From Hyaloraphidium curvatum SAG 235-1 (Eukaryota > Fungi > Monoblepharomycota), in contig JAIVFI010000005.1 in assembly GCA_025558095.1 (NCBI GenBank), positions 434,001 through 498,000 of the forward strand: a stretch of DNA of 64,000 nucleotides, in the 5' to 3' direction. The notes beneath the pieces were generated by a model, which made no database searches, had not been told where the DNA came from, and saw only the letters and a list, made by a program, of their open reading frames with translations. The position numbers and the translations under genes are program-made. The first letter of the stretch is position 1. Every line of letters begins with the position of its first letter. Below, piece by piece: positions 52,389 through 64,000 of the stretch.

Positions 52389-55009
52389 ATGTATGGGCCT
52401 CTGGAATCCTACCGAGACATTACGGACATCTTTACATCGGCTACGAGCAAGCTCAGTGTTGGGGAGCTGCTCAGTGCCGATGGCTTCAGCCTGGTGGACG
52501 GGATGTCGGCCGTGGAGGTCATGGACCCAAAGATGGATTCGGGGACCCTACTCCCCCCTCGATCGAACGATTTGCTTTCCGTCGACGGCATTGGAGGGCT
52601 GGAGCTTCTTCCGGAGGAATTGCTGGGTACGATGGACGGCATTCTGGCTCGCGAAGTGAGAGCAACCCCTGCTGCTACGCCCCCTTGCCTAACGATGTTT
52701 GCCCGCGATCACCAGGAGCTATGGTTGCGCGGCGACCTGCTCTGCCAGACTGTCTTCACATGTGTCCTGCTGCACAGGATGGCGGACATGAAGGACACGG
52801 TCCTGAAGGCGTACCTTCTCGCAACGCTGAAGACCTGCGGTCTGGCGCGCGACCTCATCATGAGGGCGAACATCTTTACCGAGGAGGACTTTCTCGCGGA
52901 CATGTCGGGCTTCAGCTTGCTCGAAGGCGTGCCGGAGCAGACGATACTGGACGGGCTCGCTTCCGCCGAGGAAGAAGCGTCGAGGCGATCCAGAGCCCTT
53001 GCAAACGGCGCAAATGGATCAGCTGGATCCCAGGGCGACTCGGCGCCAAATGTGTGGGAAGCAGTTGTCGCGCGTCTCCGATTCAGACGGGTGGGCATAT
53101 GCGGCTTCGACTCCTAGGCGACGGTGACCTTGAGTCGTCCTCGCCAGGTCCTTCTGCAACTGGTTACTCACTTGGCGAAAGGCGACGGCAAGGGTCTCCC
53201 TGCTGTCGGGAAGCTTTTGCCGAATGCGAAGCTTCAGCTGGCTCTCCTGACCAAGACAGCCACCCTTGGGGCGGATTGCGAACGGCTCTTTGACGAAAAC
53301 ATCAACCGGCATCTCTTTGCCACGGGACCACCTCGCAGGGTGACTCCAATAGCCGTTGCCGAGGTGTGTCCCGCACGTTGAGGGCGTGCGCCGTGATTCA
53401 TTGGGGGTTCAGGCATTGCACAGCCGCGAGAGTTTTCTCGCCGACCTCGAGTACAGCCTCAATGTCACGGGATCGACGAATTTCCTTTCAATAATGGTTC
53501 GCTCGTCTCTTCTCGTAGCGCGAGTCGGCTTGTCTGACGATGCGATGCAGAATCACCTCCTTTTCCTCGGTCTCCGCACACCTTCTCCGAATATTCTGGC
53601 CCGTTCGGCGGTCGTCGTGAACCTTGTCAGCCAAACGCACCTTGCGGGCCGGACCGAGCTGTCGAAAGCTGCCCAGCAGGCGATTGAGCAGTTTTCTGCC
53701 CCTCCCTACCCGAGCTCCAACTCGAAAGATGCCAAGAGCAAGTTCAACCACTGCTGTCAGCGGTGCCAAGGAGTAAGGTCCTTGCTCCGCAAGAGCGGTT
53801 GATGCACTCACTCCCTTGGCTGCAGCCCATGTCGTTTATCCTCCGGGCAATGTGTTTCAACCGACCGCGGAATCGGCGAGTCCTGCTGAAGGCCGTGGTG
53901 GAGTGGGAACAGCTGCAGGCCGAAGCCGAAGAGATCGACGGGCAGCTCCAGTCCAGCATGGATAACATCTCTCAGGTGACGTTTCCGGTTCATCGCGTCA
54001 CGTTCATGGGCTGACGCTTCTTCACTAGGACGCCTTCTACATATCGTCTTGGGTCTACCATATCAAGCTCAACATCATGGACTTCGCGATCGTTGCGGGC
54101 TTCGAGCTTGATCTCTACAGCCCGCACGAGCTTCCCCTCGTCTTTGCGTAGGGCAGAACGGGTTTTTCCATTGACTGGGCCCCTGACACACATCCGTCGC
54201 AAGGCAATGGAACGTCGTGGCCGAGGCTCACGTTGCGCACCTGGAGCGTACGGAGGATCTACGATTGGCAGATGCCAGAGCAAGTGAGTTCTTCGTTCAT
54301 CGGATCCGTTGATGTGCTCACCGCGTTTGCCAGTAGTGAAGAGAACCTCGCAGATTGCGAACGCTGCACAGCAGATGCAGGTTCTCACGGCGCACAGAGC
54401 GTTCCGACTCGGCGTTTGGCACATGTCAAAGGCGTTTTTCAAGCTCACTGCGGCGCTAATATCTTTGGGAGCTATCAAGGAGCCTTCGGAGACAACCGAA
54501 GAAACCCGAATACGTTTCTTGCAGAGGTTCCGCGGCTTCCAGTTCCTAGGGAGTCCGACGCCCTTTGCATTCTCGGACTACGTGGCTTCCCTAGCTGCAG
54601 CGCGGCAAGCCGTGGGCATTCTACTCGCTGTCTAGAGTCTGTGCTGACCGTGCATTGCAGCCGGAGGCGTCACTGAAGGAGTCCATAGACCTGTTTCAAA
54701 CAGCTAGACAGCACTTTACGAGCCTCACTCAGCGCTCCCCGGCCGAGACTCAGTCCACGTTATGCAGAGCCGAGTACGTTGCGGTAGGTGCTTTCGCGAT
54801 ACTTCCTGCCCGGACGTAATCGTTGGCGACAGAATCTACAATCGCTCGTGAAAGTCTGCGTTGCGAACCAAGTCGCCGGACGGGTGGCAGCTGGGCACGT
54901 AACCAGCCCGAAAGGAATTGATGGACGACGTTTGACTGTGGTCGCGGAGCCGAAGCATCACCGATCCCTACCAACATTCACCGTGTCTGCGGAAGATACC
55001 CCTAGATAG
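52389..55009 (+). CDS. MAK10: NatC auxiliary subunit Mak10/NAA35
   Basis: DITDIF..LSVGELL..FSLVDGMSAVEVMDPKMDSG; WLRGDLLCQTVFTC; FTEEDF; NRPRNRR..EWEQLQAEAE; GFELDLYSPHE. Confidence 0.92.
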
Positions 55010-55080
55010 AGGATACAGCAAAACGACTCTGCACCTTGAACCGAGCGCACTTGTCCACAACACCTATCTTGCAACCAGCA

Positions 55081-56732
55081 TTATCGCTTCTTCTTGTGAC
55101 TGCCTCCGGAAGGCTTCGGGAACTTGAGCATGTGGCCGCGTTACAAGGGGCAAACGGCTTCAGATCAACCGACAATACCTTTCCACTCAGCCCAGGGTCC
55201 ATCCGCAGGTCTGAAATGGGCGACGCCGACGGCGACATTCCCAATGCGTTCATGTTGTCGCGCCGGATCCGCAGCACGCGGACGTTGTTCTCGAGCGTCT
55301 CCTCCTGCTTCTTCCAATCGATGAGTACGTTGATCTGGCTGCGCAGTTCTTCGAATGCGCGCATCGTCTGCGCCGTTGGCATCGTCGGGAGGGCCGCTGA
55401 AAAGTCAGAGCGCAACCATGAGACGGATTCGCAAGGGAAGAAGGCAGCGCGAAACAACTCACGGACGCCGAGGCTGTCGAGGTACTCTGTCATTTTCTGG
55501 ACATTCTGCCCCTTGATGGTGATGGTCGTCGCGCTCCGCAGACTCGTTCCGACCGGGGCGACCTTCTGTTTCCGCGACGGGTCGTCGAACCCGGGGGTCG
55601 TCGGTGTCGCCGAAGGAAGACCGATAATCGAATTGCGATGAGGAGGAATGGTGATGCTGGGCCCGCCCGGAATGTCGTCGCGCCGCTTCTTCTTGAGCCT
55701 CGGGTCGAAGGCCCCCTGTCCGCCAAAAGCATTCTGCACCATCGCGCGGTCCTGGGAGTGGGCCAGCTCGTGCTTGCCATACGTTCTCTCTGCCCATTGC
55801 CGCGTTTCAAAGAAGCGCTCGTTCATGGCCTCCCGGCGCTTGAGCTCCGTGAAAAGGAGCTCTTCGTCCTTCACCTGCTCCAGCGACCGATTGTAGAGAG
55901 TTTCCAGCTGGCGCTTCCGGGACAACTCCATGCCTGAGGGCCATTCGTTCAGCGATCGCGGGATTGGTAAGGCGGCCAGGCACCCACTCTTGTCAAACTC
56001 GTAGCACCCCGTGTCGAGTTTCCGCTGGTTCTCTTCCACGTCCTGACCACGCGCGATCCTTGTCTCGAAGATCTTCTTGCAGATTTTGTAGTAGCGCTCC
56101 TTGAGGTCCTGAGCAATCGATCCCCGGTCAGGCTGCCAGTTCGTCGTTGCTCGACGCTCCTGACCTCAATGCTCCGTTTCGAGTCCCCGTATTCGTAAAG
56201 GTCCGCAATCACGGGAAATCGGCAGTCGTACTGCCGGCACATCTCAAAGAGATAATCCGTCTCCCCCTTGCCCCAATGCGCGTCGACTAGCCGGGTAGGT
56301 GAGCAGAACAGAAGAGGCACCCGACGCGCACACCCACATCGCAAGTGGCGCTCGTACTCGTCGGCGGTGTACTCCGGCACGTCCAACACCACGTTGAACT
56401 TGACAAATGGATAGTCCTCCGGGTCCGTTGCTGGAGCACCTTCCTCAGCTTCCGGGTCTCCCAGACAGTGAGACCAACCACTACCTTCGTCCTCCGCTTT
56501 CCGCTTCTTCTCCCAGTGCTTAAGAACCAATTCGTCGCCTCGAGCGGGATTCGTAAACTCCGTCATCTCCCTGCGCGCCCGTTCGTCAACTGGAGCCCAG
56601 AAGTGCGTCCGACGCGCCCGACCATTTGGACACCCTCTCCTTGCTCTTCAGTCCGAACCGGCGCGGTACGGACGGTGGCAAGCCCCCCGCCAGCAGGAAC
56701 ATCTTTTTCTCCAGCGCCGAAACCGACCCCAT
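55081..56732 (-). CDS. SWC4: NuA4/SWR1 subunit Swc4/Eaf2/DMAP1 (SANT)
   Basis: W.MTEFTNPARGDELVLKHW; YPFVKFN; WGKGETDYLFEMCRQYDCRFPVIAD; RSIE|DLKERYY; last exon FPKPSGGSHKKKR* inferred. Confidence 0.9.
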
Positions 56733-56809
56733 TGCGGCACCGGGCGACAGAACACAAGTTGACTTGACCGGGAAACCCCTTGGTCGTGGTCCTCTCCGCA
56801 GCTGTAGCG
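56733..56809. promoter_or_regulatory. 77-bp bidirectional promoter (SWC4/SGT2)
   Basis: Divergent ATGs at 56732(-) and 56810(+). Confidence 0.6.
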
Positions 56810-58030
56810 ATGGACGAAAAGCGGAAGCGTTTGGCCTACGCGGTTCTAGAGTTCTTGGGTTCCACGAAGGAATCGCTTCACGATGAGGAGAAGCAGGAGA
56901 GCGTCGATGGTACGCGTCCCCCGCGAGCTTCACACGGAGACTCGGTCTGACCCCGCACCGCACAGTTGCGATGCAGTGCATAAGCGATGTCTTTGGCGTC
57001 GACCTCGCAGACCAGTCCCAGCAGGTCCTCTATTCCATCAAGCCCCTGAATCTTTTGTCCATCTTCAATGTCTACCTCAACACGGCAGCGAAGAAGCAGG
57101 TGGGGCCCTCTTCTCAATGTTGCTCGCCGTCAACTTATTCCATTTGCTTGCTTGCCAGACCCCGGCCGCCCCTGGTGTGTTGCTCGAGCGTTCCACGCCG
57201 AACCGCGCTGACGACCCACAGCGCCGCAACCGGGACCTGCGGCCGCGAAAGGCGCCGTCACCGATGCGGATCGGAAGAAGGCCGAGGAAAAGAAGACGGC
57301 CGGCAACCAGAGGATGGGGGAGAAGAAGTACGAGGAGGCCATCGAGCTCTACACCGAGGCGATCGATCTGGACCCGGAGAACGCGGTCTACTACGCGAAC
57401 CGGGCTGCCGCCTACAGCCAGAGCAGCCAGCACGAGAAGGCCGTCGACGATGCGCGGAAAGCCATCGACGTCGACCCCAAGTACTCGAAGGCGTACAGCC
57501 GCCTGGGCCTGGCCCTCTACTCCCTCGAGCTGTTCCAGGACGCCGTCGACGCGTACGAGAAGGGACTGAAGCTGGATCCCTCGAACGCTGCCATGAAGCA
57601 GCAGCTCCAGATGGCAAAGGAACGGGCCAAAGCCAGCTCGCCGTCGGGTTCGAGCCCGGCATCGCAGACCGGCCCCGCCCCTTCCATTCCCGGCGCCGGA
57701 CCGGGCGGCTTCGACATCAACTCCATGCTGAGCAATCCGGCCATCGCCCAGATGGCGCAGCAAGTGATGCAGAATCCGGAGATGCTGAGCTCGCTCATGA
57801 ACAACCCCATGCTGCAAAAGTGCGTGGGCTGTTCCTCGCTCCGATCACCTACTTACTTGCGCCGCTCTTCCAGCCTGATGGGCTCTATGGGTGGTGGCGG
57901 TGGAGCCGGCGGCGCTGGTGCTGGCGCCCCGGGTGGAGGCGGCGGGGGCATTTCCGATCTTCTCAACAATCCTGAGCTCGCCCGCATGGCGGCGAACTTC
58001 CTAGGTGGTGCGGGACGCGGAGGAAGCTAG
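56810..58030 (+). CDS. SGT2: TPR co-chaperone Sgt2/SGTA
   Basis: KRLAYAVLEFL..ESVD|VAMQCISDVFGV dimerisation domain; three TPRs (AVYYANRAAAY, DPKYSKAYSRLG); Met-rich STI1-like C-terminus. Confidence 0.94.
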
Positions 58031-58302
58031 ATGGTGCGGTGGAGTGTTCCGTTCGTCATTACACGTGATCGCCGTGGTTGAAGAAGTGATCGCAGGGTCA
58101 TAAGTATTTCCGTGCCTGCTGGCATTCAGCTTATCTCTCTCGCTGATGAAATGGACGTAGATCGTTCAGAGTAGAACTGATCGAAGGGGTTAAGTGGAAG
58201 GGTGCATGTGCCGCTGAGAATCGCGCTTGCGAGTCGTCCAATCGCACAACCCAACTCAGCGCCGGCCGGCGTGACGGGTCCCGAACGGCCATGGCGGCCG
58301 CT

Positions 58303-61172
58303 ATGGATACCAGTGGGCCTTCTCTTGTTGTGGATCTTGCTCGGCGGTCTCTGAAGGGGCCCTGGTGCCCGTCCCGCCGATACCACCGCCTACGCGCTTC
58401 CTGCCGCTTTAGGTCTCATTCGGACCGTCAACAAGCTCCAGGATGGTCAGTTACATCATGCTTTCGTCTGCCATGGCCTCCCGCTGACGACGCGCTGCCG
58501 CGCGGCCCCCCCGTGATTCCAGTCTTCGCGACCGTCGGGGTCAATAACCCCATCGACCTGCCCCAGGTTCGTTCGGCCGCGGCGCTCAATTGCATTCGGC
58601 GTGTTTGCTTCACTTGCTCAAACCCCTGGCCTTCAGATCGTGGTCATTGGGTCCCAGAGCAGCGGGAAGAGCTCGGTCCTGGAGAACATCGTCGGGAGAG
58701 ACTTCCTGCCCAGGCACGTCGTCTTGCTGGACGCGGGAGTCCTTTCTCTTCTGACGGGTCTTGGCTTCTAGGGGCACGGGCATCGTGACGCGACGGCCGC
58801 TTATTCTGCAGCTCATCAATCGCCGCCTGGCATCGTCGTCGACCGAGGCCTCGACGACCGTGAATGGCACATCGTCCCCGGAAAGCTCCAGCCCTGGTGC
58901 GACTCCCAAGTCGCCTGCGCCGAATGGGACGCCCGGAGGGGCTGCGCCGCAGCCCAGCCCGGTCGACCAGGCGCCGCAGGAGTGGGGCGAGTTCCTCCAC
59001 ATCCCGGGGAAGAAGTTCACGGATTTCAACGAGATCCGGGAGGAGATCGTCCGGGACACGGACCTGAAGTGCGGGAAGAACACGGGGGTCAGCGATCTCC
59101 CCATCAACCTGCGCGTGTACTCCCCGAACGTCTTGACGCTCACGCTGGTGGATCTGCCGGGCATGACGAAGGTGCCCGTCGGGGACCAGCCGAAGGACAT
59201 TGAGAAGCAGATCAAGGACATGATCCTGAAGTACATTGGGAAGAGCAACGCCATCATTCTCGCGGTGACGGCGGCGAACACGGATCTTGCCAACTCCGAC
59301 GGCCTCAAGCTGGCCCGGGAGGTGGACCCCGACGGCTTGAGGACCATTGGCGTGCTCACAAAGATCGATCTCATGGACCCCGGAACCGACGTTGTGGACG
59401 TGCTGGCAGGGAGGGTGATCCCGCTTCGTCTCGGTGAGAAAAGTTTGGGAGTGGTTCCTTGCCCTAGGCTCAACGGTCTGCAGGATATGTGCCGGTCGTC
59501 AACCGGGGTCAGAGGGACATCGACTCGAAGAAGGACATCAGGAAGGCTCTCGACGACGAGCGCAACTTTTTCGAGAACCACCCGGCGTACAAGAGCAAGG
59601 CCCAGTACTGCGGAACCCCATTCTTGGCGAGGAAGCTCAACATGGTAGACGATTCCGATGTCGAGAACCGCCGAGCGAGGCTGATGATTGCGTCGACAGA
59701 TTCTGATGCACCACATCCGGAACACGCTCCCTGAGATCAAGGCCAAGATCTCGCAGGGGCTCCAGAAGTACCAGCTTGAGCTGGCCCAGCTGGGCGAAAC
59801 CCTGGGAGACGACACGTCCTCGCAGGCCAATCTCATCCTGAACGTCATCACCGAGTTCTGCAACGAGTTCCGGACAATCATCGACGGTTCGAGCCCCGAC
59901 CTCTCGAGCACGGAACTCAGTGGAGGCGCACGTATATCCTATGTTTACCACGAGATCTTCCGGGACGCGATCAAGGCCATGGATCCGTTCGACCAGATCA
60001 AAGACATTGACATCCGCACCATCCTCTACAACTCTTCAGTGGGAGCGCCCGAACTTCGTTTACGGCTGAATTGCTAACTGGCATCGTAAAAGGGCTCGCA
60101 ACCTACCCTCTTCATCGGCACTGCCGCCTTTGAAGTCCTCATCAAGCAGCAGATCAAGCGGCTCGAGGAACCCAGTCTCAAATGCGTGCAGATGGTCTAT
60201 GACGAGCTGGTCCGGATCCTGAACCAGCTGCTGCAAAAGCAGCAGTTCCGGCGCTTCCCGCTCTTGAAGGAACGGTTCTACTCGGTCGTGAACACGTTCT
60301 TCAAGAAGGCATTGGGACCCACCAACAAGCTCGTGACAGACGTTATCTCGTGGGTTCTCCTTTCTGTGTGCTACGGATTTGTCGGGCTGAGCCTTGTTGC
60401 CAGTGCGGAAGCGTGCTACATCAACACTGCGCACCCCGATTTCCTCAGCGGGCACCGGGCCATGGCGATCGTGCAGGATAAGGTCACGGCCGCAAAGAGT
60501 GGTCAGAGTGCGGTGGATCCGAAAGCTGTGGCCACGACAGGGATGGCGCCGCGACCCGCGGGGGCGGTTGCACCGTCCCCTGTGCCGCCGGCGATCCCTA
60601 CTCTTGGGGGCTCAGAGGATCCGGCCAGCGGATTCTTTGGCAGCTTCTTCAGCAAGAAGAAGAAGGGTGGCCCGCTGGAAGGGGTAGGTTCCGGTTCGAG
60701 TTCCTTCACCGGTGTCTCACGGGAGAACTGTTCCTATTAGCCTCCGCCCGTGCTGAAGGCGTCTGGCAACCTTTCGGAGCGTGAGCAGGTGGAGACGGAA
60801 GTCATCAGTGGGTAATCGGTGCAAAGCCCTCGGAAGCTTCTAATGCAAATGTGCACGCAGAGCTCCTGCTCCAATCGTACTTCAACATCGTCAAGAGGAC
60901 GGTCGCGGACCTGGTTCCCAAGGCGGTGATGCTGAACCTTGTGTCGGCGTCGAAGGAGGAGCTGCAGCGGGAGCTCCTTGCGGAGCTGTACAAGATGGAC
61001 GTCTTCGAGGAGCTGCTGAAGGAGAGCGAGACCACGGTTCAACGACGGAAAGAGTGCAGAACCATGATCCAGGCTCTCTCGAAAGCAGAGTGGGTTCTCG
61101 TGCGCCGCGGGCGGTGCCTTGTCTGATCGCCGTACTCCCCCCCCCCGCAGCGAAATCATCAACTCTGTATAG
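58303..61172 (+). CDS. VPS1: Dynamin-like GTPase Vps1
   Basis: [53 protein letters not shown]; insert A; [14 protein letters not shown]; ELSGGARI; GFFGSFF; GED domain; no PH or PRD. Confidence 0.95.
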
Positions 61173-61499
61173 ATCCCATGGTTAATATAGGCTGCATCTG
61201 GCGTCCATTGAACGATCGTTCTCAAGGGCGGTCCAGAGGGTGAGATCTCGCAGGTGCGCCCGTGCCATACTAAACGAACACGCAAGAACACACAAACGGA
61301 CCGAATCCGGAGCTCATCGGGCCCGAAACACGTGTCGCACCGCCGCCCTAGTGCTGCTCTACGCGTGAACGAAGGAGACACGCCAAGGAAACTTGGCGAG
61401 GGCCCGATTTCCCCGGACAACGTTGCTGACACCGTCCAACGTGCGCCGCGGATCCCGGACCTTTCTCGGGCATAACACGACTTGGAGCGCCGTGACACG

Positions 61500-62096
61500 A
61501 TGGCATCTTTGACGAGCGATCTGCATCCGACCGATACCGGTGGCAAGCCAGCGAAAGCTGGCAAGAAAAAGAAGCCATGCCGTGTCTGCGCCGAGTTCAA
61601 CGAATGGGGCAAGGAACAAACCAAGGACGCTTCTTCTGGGGCAGGCACAAAGCCATCCGACGCCGGTGCGAAGGCGGCGGTCGTTGCCGGGGCTGCACTG
61701 GTCTCGGCATCGCAGGCGACAGACTCTGGTTACCCAACGGTGTCCTCCTCGGGGGCGCCCTGCCCGCCCGATTCCGGGCAGCTAGGCCGCACAACCTGGA
61801 CGTTTCTGCATACGATGGCCGCTTACTACCCGGATCATCCGACGGACACGCAGCAGAAGGAAATGTCCGGGCTCATAACCGGCCTTTCCAAGTTCTATCC
61901 GTGCCACTACTGCGCGGACCATTTGCAGAAGGAAATGAAGGTCCATCCGCCTGCCGTGACCTCGCGCACGCTGCTCAGCCGGTGGTTCTGCGACATCCAC
62001 AACGAGGTCAACGTGCGGCTCGGCAAGCCGGTCTTTGACTGCTCCAAAGTGGACGAGCGTTGGCGAGACGGGCCTGCAGACGGTTCCTGCGATTAG
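61500..62096 (+). CDS. ERV1: FAD-linked sulfhydryl oxidase Erv1/ALR, intronless
   Basis: KKPCRVC shuttle motif; CPPD..LGRTTWTFLHTMAAYYP; YPCHYCA; CDIHNEVNVRLGKPVFDC..ERWRDG. Confidence 0.96.
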   Translation: MASLTSDLHPTDTGGKPAKAGKKKKPCRVCAEFNEWGKEQTKDASSGAGTKPSDAGAKAAVVAGAALVSASQATDSGYPTVSSSGAPCPPDSGQLGRTTWTFLHTMAAYYPDHPTDTQQKEMSGLITGLSKFYPCHYCADHLQKEMKVHPPAVTSRTLLSRWFCDIHNEVNVRLGKPVFDCSKVDERWRDGPADGSCD

Positions 62097-62372
62097 ATGA
62101 CGGTGTATCGGCCTCGAAGTCGATGATCGGATGCCAGTAGTCCAAAAGGGGTCGGTGGGGGTTTCTGACGAGCCCCGAGTCAGAAGCAAGTCAAGAGCGC
62201 GGAGCCCGTCCGAGTTGTGCGCACTCTCACAAGCGTCACCGGCCATCGAGGTCATTAAGCGAACGCGGGAGCGTCTCGGCTTTGCGTCGGCTTGAAACAG
62301 GGCGCCGCGGCCCCGCAGGCTCGCGCGTAGCTTCGTGACTCCGGCGCTTTCCCACCGAGAAACCGCGTCGCG

Positions 62373-64000
62373 ATGTCCGCCGGCTTGCCCTACCTGGGCT
62401 CGAAGATTTCCCTCATTTCGCGGTCCGACATTCGCTATGTCGGCACCCTGCACTCGGTGAACCAGCAGGAGTCGACCGTGTCCCTGCAGAATGGTTTGGA
62501 CGCGTTCGCGCAGAGGGAAGACACGTCGGGGTCTAAACAGCCCAACCCGCAGTGCGGTCATTTGGCACCGAGGGCAGGAAAGGAGGCGGCGCAGAGGAGT
62601 TGCCGGCCTCGGACCAAGTGTTTGACTACATCGTCTTCCGTGGGGCCGACATCAAGGACCTCCAGGTTCTTGAAGCCGCTTCCGCGCCACCCCCCAAGCC
62701 TGCGATTCCAAACGATCCGGCGATCCTTGCGGTCGGTACATGGTTTCTAGTTTTGCCTGCTTCAGTTGTGCTTACGGAAGGTTAAAGACGCAGGTTCCGC
62801 CCGGTGCCGCGCCTATGCAAGGCTTTGGCCCTATGGGCGGCATGCCTTTCGGGATGCCACCGAACGCGATGGGCTTGAACCCTTTCATGCTGCAGCAGTT
62901 GGCGATGCAGAACCCCGCCTTGTTCCAGCAGCTGCAAGCGGCTATGCTCCAGCAGGCTAGCATGGTGAGAGGTGCGGTCCCGTTGGCAGGAAGCAGCTCA
63001 TTGAGCCACACACAGATGCAGCAACAGATGCGACCTCCAATGGAAGGCCAGGCAGTGCGACCGCCGGCTCCGCAGGCTGCTTCTGCTCCGGCAGAGGCCA
63101 CCAAACCCGAAGAAGAGGCCGTAAAGAAGATGGAAGCGCTCCAGATCGCGCAGCCAAAGGAGGCGCCGAAGGTTGCACCGGTTCAGCCTGCGGCGAGATC
63201 CGCCGCTGCCGAGCCAGAGGCTGCGAAGGCGGCCCCGGCTGCGGAGCCGAAGGCCGCCGAAAACAAACCAAAGGCGGCGCCGACGATGGCGGCGGTAGTC
63301 GCTGGAGCTGCAGTCGCTGCCAGAGCAGATGGTGATTGCTTGTGCGCTAAGCTACTCACACTAGCTGATCGCGATCACAATAGGTGCGGCACCGGCTCCC
63401 AGGCAGCCGCGCGAAAACAACGATTTCAACCGTGGCGGACGTGGAGGGCGCGGCGGCCGCGGTGGTGACCAGGCAGACCGCTCGGGAGGTCAGGATCGCC
63501 GCCCGGCGGAAGGAAGTGGTTACGGAAGGGGAGGTCCCCGTGGTGGCATGGCGGGACAGGGCCGTGGAGGCGCCCCGCGAGCTCCGCGTGTCACGGTGCC
63601 GGTGCCGGACTCGGAGTACGACTTTGAAGGCGCAAACAAGAAGTTCGAGGAGATCACCAAGGACGACCCGAAACCCGAATTTCACCACGACGAGCACGGC
63701 GCAAAGGCCGAGAAGGAGCAGGAGGTTGAGATCGAGGTCCCGGTTTCCCCGACGAACTTCTATGACAAGAAGAACTCGTTCTTTGACAACATTTCGTGCG
63801 AGACGAAGGACCGATCTGAGGCTGCCGAGAGGTGGGCGGCATTTTGCGACGCGGTTCCACCTCTTGCTGACGAACAAGCTGTGGTAGCGGACACCACTTT
63901 GATCGGAGGGCGAACCAGTTCCAGGAGCGGAAACTGAACATGGAGACGTTCGGGCAATCGGGAGCATACGTCGGAAGGGGACGCGGCCGGGGTTACGGAA
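62373..64000 (+). CDS. SCD6: Lsm14/Scd6 mRNA-decay factor, 3'-partial
   Basis: [41 protein letters not shown]; [11 protein letters not shown]-type FDF box; [13 protein letters not shown]; [10 protein letters not shown]; RGG. Confidence 0.95.

Noticed and set aside
61200-61500. RNase P/MRP or SRP RNA
   Set aside because: Only partial look-alike motifs, and in the wrong order

Overview
Eukaryotic, GC-rich, very gene-dense genomic DNA with many short (~50-65 nt) spliceosomal introns. Gene content and sequence style point to an early-diverging (chytrid/monoblepharid-grade) fungus; the taxon is inferred. I reconstructed 27 protein-coding genes by hand, mostly housekeeping: DRE2, CDT2, RSP5, RIX7, MRPL3, UPF1, NTF2, CBR1, a DnaJ protein, UTP20, RPC82, a KH protein, PBP1, TEX1, TLG2, a RIB2-type deaminase, TAF11, NDC1, MAK10, SWC4, SGT2, VPS1, ERV1, SCD6, plus the three genes described below. 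Most notable: (1) an animal-type ROCK/DMPK-family kinase with a split PH domain holding both an extra coiled-coil and a C1 finger; (2) tail-to-tail with it, a cyclin E-like gene with an E2F-like site upstream; (3) a probable 5'-truncated RLE-type non-LTR retrotransposon remnant, bounded by a 12-bp direct repeat, inside the divergent promoter of the deaminase and TAF11; (4) an orphan FG-like/RanBD-like protein; (5) extreme compaction (77-bp head-to-head spacers, 14-bp stop-to-stop gap), three GC-AG introns and micro-exons. I found no rRNA, tRNA or CRISPR. CDS coordinates span start to stop codon including introns. Exon boundaries were read by eye and family calls come from recalled motifs, not database searches.
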